A stretch of DNA of 28,474 nucleotides from a virus (taxonomy: Duplodnaviria; Caudoviricetes), in the IMG/VR virus record IMGVR_UViG_3300020044_005107, positions 1-28,474 of that record; one strand, given 5' to 3'. Below, one piece after another: positions 1-8,902 of this stretch. A program made the translations under genes and the position numbers. Below the pieces are notes generated by a model. It made no database searches and was not told where the DNA came from. It worked only from the letters and a program-made list of their open reading frames with translations. Position 1 is the stretch's first letter. Each line of letters opens with the position of its first letter.

Positions 1-1
1 T

Positions 2-346
2 CCTCAAACATGTACTATCACAGGTGCTACATACAACGCAACAACCCAATACACCTACAGGATTAGATTAATTAAATCAGTTTCTGGAACAGTTACCGAA
101 GTTGCTACACAAACAGTTGAGACCAGTACAAATGACACATCCACAATTGGTTATGTGCAAGCAAGCGTTTCTAAGGCTGGAGTGATCACAGCGACTGCTG
201 TAATGAATGGTGGCACCACTGTTGCAACTTTAACAAATACTCCTTCCAGTCCGACTACTGCTATACGCCATGGGTTTATATTGGCCCCTACAACAACAGG
301 GACCCAAGCAACAGGCATGGAACGTTTTATATATTCTCCAGTGTAA
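2..346 (+). CDS. 5'-truncated Thr-rich protein, probably virion structural
   Basis: The frame of track ORF 155..346 is open back to base 2 (PQTCTITGATYNATTQYTYRIRLIKSVSGTVTEV...FIYSPV). Thr/Val-rich composition, located upstream of the neck genes. Confidence 0.7.
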   Translation, partial: PQTCTITGATYNATTQYTYRIRLIKSVSGTVTEVATQTVETSTNDTSTIGYVQASVSKAGVITATAVMNGGTTVATLTNTPSSPTTAIRHGFILAPTTTGTQATGMERFIYSPV

Positions 347-367
347 TTACAGAATCGTAAGGTACAT

Positions 368-523
368 ATGACTTTAGAACGCCCTATCCCTAAACCAACA
401 GGAACTGTTGGAGACATTACCCGTGTTTTGGGAACAATGTCCCATCGCCATAGGGAGACACAACCAGAGGTAAACCAGCCATCACGTGACACTGTTCCTG
501 GGGCTGGCTCAGGAGATCAGTAA
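368..523 (+). CDS. Small hypothetical protein, 51 aa (MTLERPIPKPTGTVGDITRVLG...GAGSGDQ), not in the ORF track
   Basis: ATG at 368 preceded by SD-like TAAGGT, stop TAA at 521-523. It fills the gap between two co-oriented genes. Confidence 0.6.
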   Translation: MTLERPIPKPTGTVGDITRVLGTMSHRHRETQPEVNQPSRDTVPGAGSGDQ

Positions 524-530
524 TTTGAAG

Positions 531-545
531 TAAACTGTAAGCATG
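531..545 (+). promoter_or_regulatory. Putative -10 box for a leaderless transcript (TAAACT-N6-ATG)
   Basis: TAAACT at 531-536, 6 nt, then ATG at 543, with no SD. The same geometry occurs at 18753-18739 on the - strand. Confidence 0.55.
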
Positions 546-1355
546 TCTATCTACTCCCAACAGATCATTGACGAGGTAATGGAGGTGGCACGGACATATC
601 TCCGAGACTTCCCTAGATTCTTTCAGGTCTCTTTTGACTCCGTAGGTAGAACCTACGAGTTAGGCCACCCTAACATTGATGCTGACACCCTCTGGGTTGC
701 CACTAATGTAGGCGCTTCAGTAACTGAATTAACGACTGCCCAATACTCTTTGGACAGCCGAAATGGTATTCTCCGCTTGGCAACTACTCCAGCGTCTAAC
801 GCTAAAATTATGATTGAGGGGTACCACTATGAGTGGGTTTCCCCGCAAGACCTTGAGTTCTACGCCAAACAGGCTATCTCTCAGCACACTTTTAGTCTTG
901 AAATTCCACTAGAAAATATGGCTCAATTAATAATTGAGACCATTGGTATTGGGTGCATTGTAGAAGCCTTAGGTGCTTTGATGTCTGAGTTCAGTCGTGA
1001 TATTGACGTAATGACTTCAGAATCTATCCATATTCCTGCTAGTCAACGATTTAGAATGGTACAAAGCCTCCTTGCCTATTGGAGTAACCAATATGAAACA
1101 CAGGCTCGTGCACTCAACATTGGTGTTGACAGGATTGAAATCTTTAATTTACGACGTGTGTCTCGTACGACTAACCGATATGTCCCATTGTTTAAGGCTA
1201 GGGAACTTGGGGATTACGGTCCAACTGAACGGATCTTTCCAAACACTGACAAAGAAGTCATCCAGTTGGAAGAAGATCCAATTGATAACTTGCGTGAGGA
1301 TGTATTTGTTGAAATGGAGCCTCAACAAGGCTATGTCAACAATACGTACTTTTAA
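543..1355 (+). CDS. Putative head-tail adaptor/neck protein
   Basis: 270-aa ORF positioned ahead of the tail terminator and sheath. Function is inferred from synteny. Confidence 0.55.
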   Translation: MSIYSQQIIDEVMEVARTYLRDFPRFFQVSFDSVGRTYELGHPNIDADTLWVATNVGASVTELTTAQYSLDSRNGILRLATTPASNAKIMIEGYHYEWVSPQDLEFYAKQAISQHTFSLEIPLENMAQLIIETIGIGCIVEALGALMSEFSRDIDVMTSESIHIPASQRFRMVQSLLAYWSNQYETQARALNIGVDRIEIFNLRRVSRTTNRYVPLFKARELGDYGPTERIFPNTDKEVIQLEEDPIDNLREDVFVEMEPQQGYVNNTYF

Positions 1356-1891
1356 TGGACTTACGGCGTGAAGTAAGCCAAATCCGTCGTCACTATCGTG
1401 AATACACGAGGAACTACGGAGAAACGGTGGTGTGGTTTGAATATATGCCACAAACAACCCCAGCCAGCGCAGGATCCATATACGACGATGTGTACGACGA
1501 AGGTGCTATAGGGGCAAGCGGACGCAGGTATAAATCAGGTGTGGTCATACCTACGTTGATGATTACTGAAACTGAAGACCAAAAACGAGCCATCCCAGAA
1601 GGCCGTCAGCCTGTAGAACTTACTAACTTTGTGGCTTCTATTGAAGACTTTAGAAATGCTAGTGTATCAGATCCTTTTGAATACCAAAAGCATTTAAATG
1701 ACATGTTCCTGTATGACGGTCGTTATTTCTCTATTGCCACTTATCGTGTCCGTGGTCGTTTGCGTGATGACGTAATGGTAGTAGTTGAAGGCATTGAAGT
1801 GTATATAAACCAAGAAATGCCATTTGATCCAGGTCCAACGGCTATGGGTATCCAGAACCTGCCTTGGCCTACAGCGTTGCCTAGTATTTGA
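1355..1891 (+). CDS. Putative head closure/neck protein
   Basis: 178 aa, TAATG overlap with the upstream gene. The segment NDMFLYDGRYFSI resembles head-closure proteins; synteny agrees. Confidence 0.55.
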   Translation: MDLRREVSQIRRHYREYTRNYGETVVWFEYMPQTTPASAGSIYDDVYDEGAIGASGRRYKSGVVIPTLMITETEDQKRAIPEGRQPVELTNFVASIEDFRNASVSDPFEYQKHLNDMFLYDGRYFSIATYRVRGRLRDDVMVVVEGIEVYINQEMPFDPGPTAMGIQNLPWPTALPSI

Positions 1892-1897
1892 TAAACT
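1889..1897 (+). promoter_or_regulatory. Putative extended -10 promoter (TGnTAAACT)
   Basis: TGATAAACT opens a 62-nt intergenic gap that also holds a hairpin (TCTTGGT-GAGC-GCCAAGA) and an AAGGA SD. Confidence 0.4.
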
Positions 1898-1953
1898 TAA
1901 ATCGATCTTGGTGAGCGCCAAGAGGTCCAACGCCTAGAACTTAAGGATGATTT

Positions 1954-2337
1954 ATGAATGGCTTTAGTACGCCTATGCCAACAAGTTCTAGACCGTTTTT
2001 GTCAGGTGAGCCATATGTGCTTAACCGTATGATGCGCCAAACTACTGAACTACCTTCTATTGTTGCCAGCGCTATATCAGCCGCTATGTTAGAAGAATCC
2101 GATCGTGTACAACGTAACTATACGGATAAAGGAATTGAAGTATCTGCAGATGTTACCTATGATGTAGATAATTCAAAGTTTGTATACACCGCTAGTGGTG
2201 AAGACGCAGTAGATACTGAATATGGTGGCCCTACATCTAATCCACAAGCCATTTTGCGTAAGTCAGCCATCCGTGGTGCTGACCGTATTAAAAAAACCCT
2301 TGAAAAGAATATTACTAAAGGACTTGAAAAAGTATGA
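1954..2337 (+). CDS. Hypothetical virion morphogenesis protein (tail completion-like position)
   Basis: 127 aa with AAGGA SD. Contains a TEYGG motif reminiscent of the EYGT motif of HK97 gp10-like proteins; ATGA overlap with the next gene. Confidence 0.45.
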   Translation: MNGFSTPMPTSSRPFLSGEPYVLNRMMRQTTELPSIVASAISAAMLEESDRVQRNYTDKGIEVSADVTYDVDNSKFVYTASGEDAVDTEYGGPTSNPQAILRKSAIRGADRIKKTLEKNITKGLEKV

Positions 2338-2969
2338 AACAAGGGTTTATTCTTGCCGAAGATGAGGCTATTAAACTTCATTTTAGCGGTATGACCGTGT
2401 CAGATGACCGTGACGCTTCACGACCTGTTCAGGTGTTTTTTAGGTACCCAGAAGGGGAAACCGAAAGGCATTACCCTTTCATCACAATTGAACTAATAGA
2501 TATTGTGCACGCTAAGAACCGACAGCACTCTGAACTTTACTTAGATACTAACCGTCCTGGGCACCCCAACAACCTTAATTACTGGCCTAGCACATCCTCG
2601 GCTAGTTCCCCTAACGTTCCAGGATATGACTCTTTTAGAACTACAGAATTTGTTCCTGTAGACCTCTTATACCAAGTTTCCACGTTTACCAGAAGTGCTT
2701 TACACGACCGACAACTAGCCGCACAAATGCTTACGAACATTGTGCCATTTAGATACAGTTCAATCATTATAGGGGCGGACGGAACGTCCCGAAGATTGGA
2801 CCTTTTAGATTGGTCAACAGCCGACCTTCTGGACCCAGAGGCTGGTTACCGTAAGCGTATTTTCCGCAAAATATACACTTTACAAATGAACTCTGAAATT
2901 ACCACCTCAGCACTAGTCGGTCTCAAGAAAGTAAGTACTGTTTCAACTACAATTGAACAGACAAATTAA
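2334..2969 (+). CDS. Tail terminator / sheath cap protein (Pvc16/Afp16-like)
   Basis: 211 aa directly before the sheath. YPFITIELIDI and PVDLLYQVSTF match the pattern of tail terminator/Pvc16 N-terminal domains. Confidence 0.65.
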   Translation: MKQGFILAEDEAIKLHFSGMTVSDDRDASRPVQVFFRYPEGETERHYPFITIELIDIVHAKNRQHSELYLDTNRPGHPNNLNYWPSTSSASSPNVPGYDSFRTTEFVPVDLLYQVSTFTRSALHDRQLAAQMLTNIVPFRYSSIIIGADGTSRRLDLLDWSTADLLDPEAGYRKRIFRKIYTLQMNSEITTSALVGLKKVSTVSTTIEQTN

Positions 2970-3008
2970 TTTGAATCCCTGTAAGTCACCCCTGATTTAG
3001 GAGTAAAA

Positions 3009-4586
3009 ATGGCATACGATCGTCCAGGAGTTTACGTACGTGAAACTCCATTCACCAGTAACATTGCACCACGCACGGCTACATCAGCCGCAGCCTTTGT
3101 TGGCTTAACAGAGCGTGGTCCTGCTACCCCAACACTAATCACCTCTTGGAATGATTACAAGTCCAAGTATGGTGAACTGTCGCAAACATATGATACGGGT
3201 TATGCCGTTTATCATTACTTTGCTAACGGTGGTCGTGATGCATATGTGTCACGAGTCATTGATACTACCGCAGTAGCATCGTCCAGCACTTTCCAAGGAA
3301 CCTTGACAGGTGCATCAGCCGCTTCTACAATGTTTGTTTTAGAAGCCGCTTCAAAGGGTGCATGGGGAGATGCTCTTTCAATTGCACTCACCTTTGATTC
3401 TAATACGCTGGCAGATGTTACAACAGCGCCAAAGGTTCAGGCTTCTACATTGTTCTCATTGGTTGTTAGTCAGACTCGTGCAGGCTCATCGGTTGAAGTA
3501 GAGCGTTGGCAAGAACTATCGTTTGATGTATCTTCTAGCCGTTACTTTAAAACCGTTCTTGAACTTTATTCTTCGTATGTAAAAGTACAAGGAACACCTG
3601 CAACAATTGCAAGCAACGCCACAATTACTGTTTCAGGAATCACCACTACTGTGTTTACTAAATCGTTCTCACTAACGGGTGGTTCTGATGCAGTCACCCC
3701 AGGTGCAGTAAGCGCAGACACTGAATGGGCAACCGCTGTATCAAACTTGGATTCTGTAAGTGGTCCATTATTGATCAACCTTGTAGGACAAACTTCAAGT
3801 GTTCGTGTAAATAATGCATTGGCTTATGCAGCAGGACGTGCTGACGCTTTTGTGATCATTGACTCAAGTTTGACTGCATCAAGTAAGGCTGACGTACAGA
3901 CTGCCATTTCTGGTTATAGCACCAGCAACGGTGGATTTGGTGCTGTGTATTTCCCATCATTGAAGATGTATGACCCTTCAAAGAGTGGTCCAACCGCTAT
4001 CCGTGACACGTACGCAGGTGGCGCTATCGCTGGTGCATACGTACGTTCGGAGAACCTCCGTGGTGTTGCCAAGGCTCCTGCTGGTTACTTCTTGGATCTA
4101 CAGAACGTTTATGGATTGGTATCAACCATTTCAGATGCAGATCAAGGAACGTTGTACACTACGAACAACGTTAACTGTTTGAAGTTGGTACCAGGTGGTG
4201 GAACTATTATCAATGGTGCTCGCACATTGGCTAAGAACCGTCCAGATAAGTACATCACAATTCGTCGTACCCTTTCGTATCTCCGTGTTGTATTGGATGC
4301 TCAAACACAGTTTGCAGTATTTGAGCCAAACGACGAACGCTTGTGGGACCGTATCAAAGTTTCGTTGTCCAGCACTCTTACAGATTTCTGGGCTAAGGGA
4401 AACCTGAAGGGTGCAAACGCCGATAGTGCGTTCTACATCGTTTGTGACTCGTCAAACAACACGTCAGCAAGTATTGAAGACGGATATGTAAACATTGAGG
4501 TTGGTGTAGCACTGCAGTACCCAGCCGAATTCGTTGTAATCAACCTCACCCAGTGGGCTGGTAACGGCTCTGCTGGAAACCTCTAA
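3009..4586 (+). CDS. Contractile tail sheath protein
   Basis: Hallmark motifs RPGVYVRE, YFANGG, GVAKAPAG, GARTL, AVFEPND and YPAEFVVI; AGGAG SD. Confidence 0.97.
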   Translation: MAYDRPGVYVRETPFTSNIAPRTATSAAAFVGLTERGPATPTLITSWNDYKSKYGELSQTYDTGYAVYHYFANGGRDAYVSRVIDTTAVASSSTFQGTLTGASAASTMFVLEAASKGAWGDALSIALTFDSNTLADVTTAPKVQASTLFSLVVSQTRAGSSVEVERWQELSFDVSSSRYFKTVLELYSSYVKVQGTPATIASNATITVSGITTTVFTKSFSLTGGSDAVTPGAVSADTEWATAVSNLDSVSGPLLINLVGQTSSVRVNNALAYAAGRADAFVIIDSSLTASSKADVQTAISGYSTSNGGFGAVYFPSLKMYDPSKSGPTAIRDTYAGGAIAGAYVRSENLRGVAKAPAGYFLDLQNVYGLVSTISDADQGTLYTTNNVNCLKLVPGGGTIINGARTLAKNRPDKYITIRRTLSYLRVVLDAQTQFAVFEPNDERLWDRIKVSLSSTLTDFWAKGNLKGANADSAFYIVCDSSNNTSASIEDGYVNIEVGVALQYPAEFVVINLTQWAGNGSAGNL

Positions 4587-4606
4587 TTCAAGGAGTTATT
4601 TAAAAC

Positions 4607-5248
4607 ATGCCTATAACAACACTTCGTACGGATCCACTCAGGAACTTTAAGTTTCGTGTGCAGATTATCCCAAAGGTTGCAGGTGGAAACCTTGCCACCT
4701 ACGTCAGCCAAATTGGCGAACTTGGTTTTGCCCAAGTAAGCGGTATCTCAGTAACCAACGAAATCATCTCGTACCGTGAAGGTGGCATGAACACCCACCC
4801 ACACAAGATGGTGGCACAGTCTGACTTTGCCCCTGTCTCGTTTGCACGTGGTGCTTTCAGTGGTCAGGGACAATTGTTCCAGTGGCAAAAATTCCTCCAT
4901 GCTTGGTTGGGTGGTGGTGTTGCTGGTGAACCAGGACTTTCTAATGGCGCAGGAGATTACCGCTGTGACATTTTAGTTAAAGTTTACGATCACCCACATA
5001 CGGCTTCTGAAGTCGCTGGTCAAACAGGACTAAACTACCAATGGGATGGCGGTTCAACTGGCTCACTTACCCCTGTAGTTCCTGGTAGTGTTAAGTTTCA
5101 ATTCAAACTTTACAATGCATGGCCTGGTGCGTACGCTCTCACCGACTTGAACGCAGGAGACAATGGTATCCTGATTCAGTCAATGACAGTACACCACGAA
5201 GGTTTCTACATTGACTGGAATGGAACAGAAGATCTCGCTAGCAAGTAA
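4607..5248 (+). CDS. Tail tube protein (T4 gp19/Afp1-like)
   Basis: DPLRNFKFRV, GFAQVSG, YREGG, LYNAWP and terminal HHEGF motifs; follows the sheath; AAGGAG SD. Confidence 0.95.
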   Translation: MPITTLRTDPLRNFKFRVQIIPKVAGGNLATYVSQIGELGFAQVSGISVTNEIISYREGGMNTHPHKMVAQSDFAPVSFARGAFSGQGQLFQWQKFLHAWLGGGVAGEPGLSNGAGDYRCDILVKVYDHPHTASEVAGQTGLNYQWDGGSTGSLTPVVPGSVKFQFKLYNAWPGAYALTDLNAGDNGILIQSMTVHHEGFYIDWNGTEDLASK

Positions 5249-5277
5249 TTAAAAACTTAAATTAGGAGCACAACAAG

Positions 5278-6060
5278 ATGGATCAAAAGCAACAGGCTGA
5301 CGCACTCAATGCCGCTCTTAGTGAGAAGGTACCTGAGATTAAAGAAGCCCCAACAACAACTGTTGAACTTCTTCGTGGAGTTTTTAATACAGAAACTAAT
5401 TCATGGGAAACAGAAGCCAAGGTTCGTGAACTTAATGGCTTTGATGAAGAGTCCCTAGCGTCTATGGATAGTAGGAACGTCGTGTACGCCGAGTACATGA
5501 CGTTTCTGCTTAAACGGGCTGTTGTGTCCGTAGGATCTATAACCGTTGCTGATAATCCTTCGGTTATTGAAAACCTAATTATTGGTGACCGTGACATTCT
5601 TTTCTTAAAGATTATTGAAGCCACCTACGGTAATAACCGTGAATACCAGATTCAATGCATGTCTTGTCAAGCATCCAATGATGTAATTATCACTATGGAT
5701 ACATTCAAAAACCGAGAAACAACACATGACCCTAAACTGCCTTTGGAGTACACCTTTGGCGATGGAACGGTTGTTAAAATGCGGTTGCCTAACGGTATAG
5801 ACAGCCAGATAGTTGCAAAGAAGTCTAAGACTGTGGCGGAGCAAAACACTTTAATGTTGGCTCGTTGTGTAGAGCACCCAGCAATGCATAACCCAGTTGA
5901 GTGGGCTAAAGGGCTTGGATTAAAAGATAGAAGCGCCCTAGTTAAAGTCTTGTTGGACAACCAACCAGGCCCTGAAATTGGGGAGGTGAATGCCCAGTGT
6001 GCCACGTGTGGAGAAGACTTACATATCGTGCTTGATTGGGCATCCCTTTTATTCGGTTAA
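5278..6060 (+). CDS. Tail assembly chaperone / T4 gp26-like baseplate hub assembly protein with two CxxC pairs
   Basis: VRELNGFDEE, GDRDILFLKI...TYG, CMSC and CATC motifs; lies between tube and tape measure. Confidence 0.8.
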   Translation: MDQKQQADALNAALSEKVPEIKEAPTTTVELLRGVFNTETNSWETEAKVRELNGFDEESLASMDSRNVVYAEYMTFLLKRAVVSVGSITVADNPSVIENLIIGDRDILFLKIIEATYGNNREYQIQCMSCQASNDVIITMDTFKNRETTHDPKLPLEYTFGDGTVVKMRLPNGIDSQIVAKKSKTVAEQNTLMLARCVEHPAMHNPVEWAKGLGLKDRSALVKVLLDNQPGPEIGEVNAQCATCGEDLHIVLDWASLLFG

Positions 6061-6199
6061 CTTAATTCATATATACTGGGAATACGATCTGATCGCCACG
6101 GTTTACAAGGGCTTTACGCTCAACGACATACAAAACATGACAGTACGCCAACGAATGTACTGGTCGGCAATGGGTAAATGGCGTAACTCTGGAGACTGA
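5990..6199 (+). CDS. Second tail-chaperone ORF (gpE'/gpT/DUF6760-like), possibly made as a frameshift extension; true start uncertain
   Basis: YWEYDLIATVYKGFTLNDIQNMTVRQRMYW fits the short chaperone module found before tape measure genes. It overlaps the upstream gene in the +1 frame across CCCTTTT (6044-6050). Confidence 0.7.
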   Translation: MPSVPRVEKTYISCLIGHPFYSVNLIHIYWEYDLIATVYKGFTLNDIQNMTVRQRMYWSAMGKWRNSGD

Positions 6200-6205
6200 T
6201 GGAAC

Positions 6206-8902
6206 ATGCCTGAAGAGCGTAGTTTAGGTGACGGTGCTTTAGGCGGACGATCACGCTCAAACACAGGCAACGTTAACGCCAGCGTGGGTCTTCGTTTAGA
6301 TAAGTCTGTGGCCCGTTTGTGGATGACCACCTATGATGACCTTACTAGAAAGGTTATTAAACTCCGTGAGGAGATAGTAAAGTTAAATAACGCTGCAAGT
6401 AACACAACTCGTTCTATTCAAGGTATCTCTTCTAATGGCACTAATGCCGCTACGAGCACAGCAGGCGCAACCAACAATGCCATTGTGCAAAGTGCGTCTA
6501 TGGTTAGAACACCTCAAGCCGCTGGTATTGGAGGTGCTGGAGGGGGGGCCGCCGCTGGAGGTGGGGGTGGTGCAGGAGCCGCTTTGGCGATGTCAAGTCC
6601 CCAAGGAGCCGCTGCTGCTGCTGCCGCTAAAGTTATTAAATCTCAACTTGACAAAATGCAGCAAGCAATGGCAAAGTTGGATGCCAGAATTGATACAGGG
6701 TATTCATCATCATTAGTTAATGATCGCCAGAGTGTTATGTATCAGCAGATGTATGGCATTAGTCAACAGACTAACTACAACCGCTTTAGGCAACCAATTA
6801 ATAACTTCCGCCTAGGTCCTGGCGGTATTAATGAAATGCTCCGCCTACAGGCAAACACAGGTCTCAACGCCCAAATGATGTCTAGAAGCGTTGAGGCTAT
6901 TAGAACTATCAGTGGATTTGGTTTAAGCACTTCAGATGTAAATCAAATGATTTCAACTATGGCTTCTCCAGAAGTAAACAACCGTATGACCATGACTTTG
7001 GGTACAGGTATCTATGGACCTGGCGGTAAACAACGATCTCCAATGGAAGTGATTCAAAGCATTGTCCGTGCAGCAGGTCTCACTAACGAGACAGTAGTTA
7101 AAGGTGCGCTACAACCTGGATCTATGACTCGTGCACGCCTTACTGCAATGGGTGTTCCTGAGGATATGCAAGACACGGTTATTCAATACGCAATGCAAAA
7201 CATTCAATATCAAAAGAAGACAGGCGGTAAACAGGGTATGTATAACCCTGGTAACCGTGACCAACTTAGAACAATGGGTATTGAAGGAAACCTTGCCACT
7301 GAGCGTGAGGTAACTGATGTACGCCGAGAGCAACGCTCAGAGTCGTTCTATAACAAACAAAAAGATAACTATGCGTCTATGGAACGCAACACGCAGAAAA
7401 TGGAAACGTTAACTACAAAGATTGAAGATTTAACGTCTGCCATTATTGGAGCACGCATCAGTACCCGTGGGCACCCCCTTACCAAAGCGCTTGGTAAAGG
7501 CTTTAGTTCCATTATGGGACCAATCAATGACGCCCTTAGTATTTTTGGCGGTGACCCTGTAGAAAAAGGACGTGGTTCTAAGCCTATTACTGGTGGTGGT
7601 AGTGGTGGTGGGTCTCCTAACGTTCCAGGTAATTTAAATAAAACATTTGGTGATCGTTTACGTCAAATGATGGCAGAACGCCCTGGCATTACTATCGGGA
7701 CAGGGTTTCGCTCATCGTCCGCCCAACGAACTATGTTCTTGTCACGTTATTCAAAGACTTCTGAAAAAACAGGTGTTTATTGGGATGGGTCGTACTGGAA
7801 GAAGCATGCTGGAGTTCCTGATGCGGCTCCTCCAGGAATGTCCATGCACGAACTTGGTCTGGCTGTTGACCTTGACTACCCTACAAAGGCTGACGAAGAA
7901 TGGTTTATGAGGAATGCCTCACGCTTTGGACTAAAAACCATTGCAAGTATTGACGAACCATGGCACGTACAGCCAGCAGAACTTCCAAATAGTCGTCGTA
8001 AGTATGAAGAGGCTGGCGCTCCATGGGGCCGTGGACCTGCTGGAACCGTGGCTTACCCATACGATGCTACTTTTGAAGGAACATCAAAAAACGATTCATA
8101 CACCAGCAGTGGAGTTGCTGTTAACTCTCAATTAAGCATTGCTGATTCTATTGCTTATGATCGTGCGACAAATCGCATGCGTTTAGGTGGTGGTGGTGCT
8201 GGTGGGCGTATGGTAACCCTACGTACTGGGTCGTCATCAGCAGCAGGAACTGGGACAAGTAAAAGCCCTGCAACAGCACCTAAGTCAGGAAACATTCCTG
8301 CTGGGTTTAAATACCGAACAACTCCAAACTACGATGGTTGGGGTTACTTTGTTCCACAAACGTTTACCGATGCTGACTTAGAACAGTTGCACTTACATGA
8401 ACAAAAAGACTGGACCAGAACTGTAAAAAATAGGGATGGCACACTCATGGGTGGCTTTGCCATGAACCAATTTAACTGGAACAGGGGTGGGGGGCTAGCC
8501 TTTGCAAAAAACCCTGCACTAGCAACACCCGCAGATCAAAAGAAAGTAGCCAAAGTTCTGTTAGAGCAGTTTCATGCTCATGATGGATTTGAATCTATAG
8601 TGCGAGGAAACATCTCATGGCCTGGTGTAGGTAAATTAAAATCAGTTGATCTTCCTCCTGGAACACCACGTAGTACTACACATAGTAGTTCAAGTAACCG
8701 TGAAGGTGACCCTCTAAATGCCCCATCTCGTGTTAGTAGCAACACAGTCATAGTTGATGGAGGCGGTGGTGGGATTACTATTGCTCCTAACATTTATATC
8801 CAATCAGCAGGTAACCATACAGCAGATGCTAGACGGGTTGCTCAAGAAGTTGCTGACATAGTTACACGCCGTGTTAAAACAGCGGCATTGAGAGGAATGT
8901 AA
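6206..8902 (+). CDS. Tape measure protein with M15-family peptidase and Rpf-like lytic transglycosylase domains
   Basis: Helical Ala/Gln/Met-rich N-terminal half. GFRS...SMHELGLAVD...EPWH is the M15 Zn-peptidase pattern (about 7700-7970). LHLHEQKDW...GGFAMNQFNWNRGGG...ATPADQKKVA...WP is Rpf-like (8363-8626). Confidence 0.85.
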   Translation: MPEERSLGDGALGGRSRSNTGNVNASVGLRLDKSVARLWMTTYDDLTRKVIKLREEIVKLNNAASNTTRSIQGISSNGTNAATSTAGATNNAIVQSASMVRTPQAAGIGGAGGGAAAGGGGGAGAALAMSSPQGAAAAAAAKVIKSQLDKMQQAMAKLDARIDTGYSSSLVNDRQSVMYQQMYGISQQTNYNRFRQPINNFRLGPGGINEMLRLQANTGLNAQMMSRSVEAIRTISGFGLSTSDVNQMISTMASPEVNNRMTMTLGTGIYGPGGKQRSPMEVIQSIVRAAGLTNETVVKGALQPGSMTRARLTAMGVPEDMQDTVIQYAMQNIQYQKKTGGKQGMYNPGNRDQLRTMGIEGNLATEREVTDVRREQRSESFYNKQKDNYASMERNTQKMETLTTKIEDLTSAIIGARISTRGHPLTKALGKGFSSIMGPINDALSIFGGDPVEKGRGSKPITGGGSGGGSPNVPGNLNKTFGDRLRQMMAERPGITIGTGFRSSSAQRTMFLSRYSKTSEKTGVYWDGSYWKKHAGVPDAAPPGMSMHELGLAVDLDYPTKADEEWFMRNASRFGLKTIASIDEPWHVQPAELPNSRRKYEEAGAPWGRGPAGTVAYPYDATFEGTSKNDSYTSSGVAVNSQLSIADSIAYDRATNRMRLGGGGAGGRMVTLRTGSSSAAGTGTSKSPATAPKSGNIPAGFKYRTTPNYDGWGYFVPQTFTDADLEQLHLHEQKDWTRTVKNRDGTLMGGFAMNQFNWNRGGGLAFAKNPALATPADQKKVAKVLLEQFHAHDGFESIVRGNISWPGVGKLKSVDLPPGTPRSTTHSSSSNREGDPLNAPSRVSSNTVIVDGGGGGITIAPNIYIQSAGNHTADARRVAQEVADIVTRRVKTAALRGM

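Noticed and set aside
6520-6630. GC-rich GGT/GCC/GCT runs as a DNA repeat element
   Set aside because: They encode a Gly/Ala low-complexity linker in the tape measure protein.
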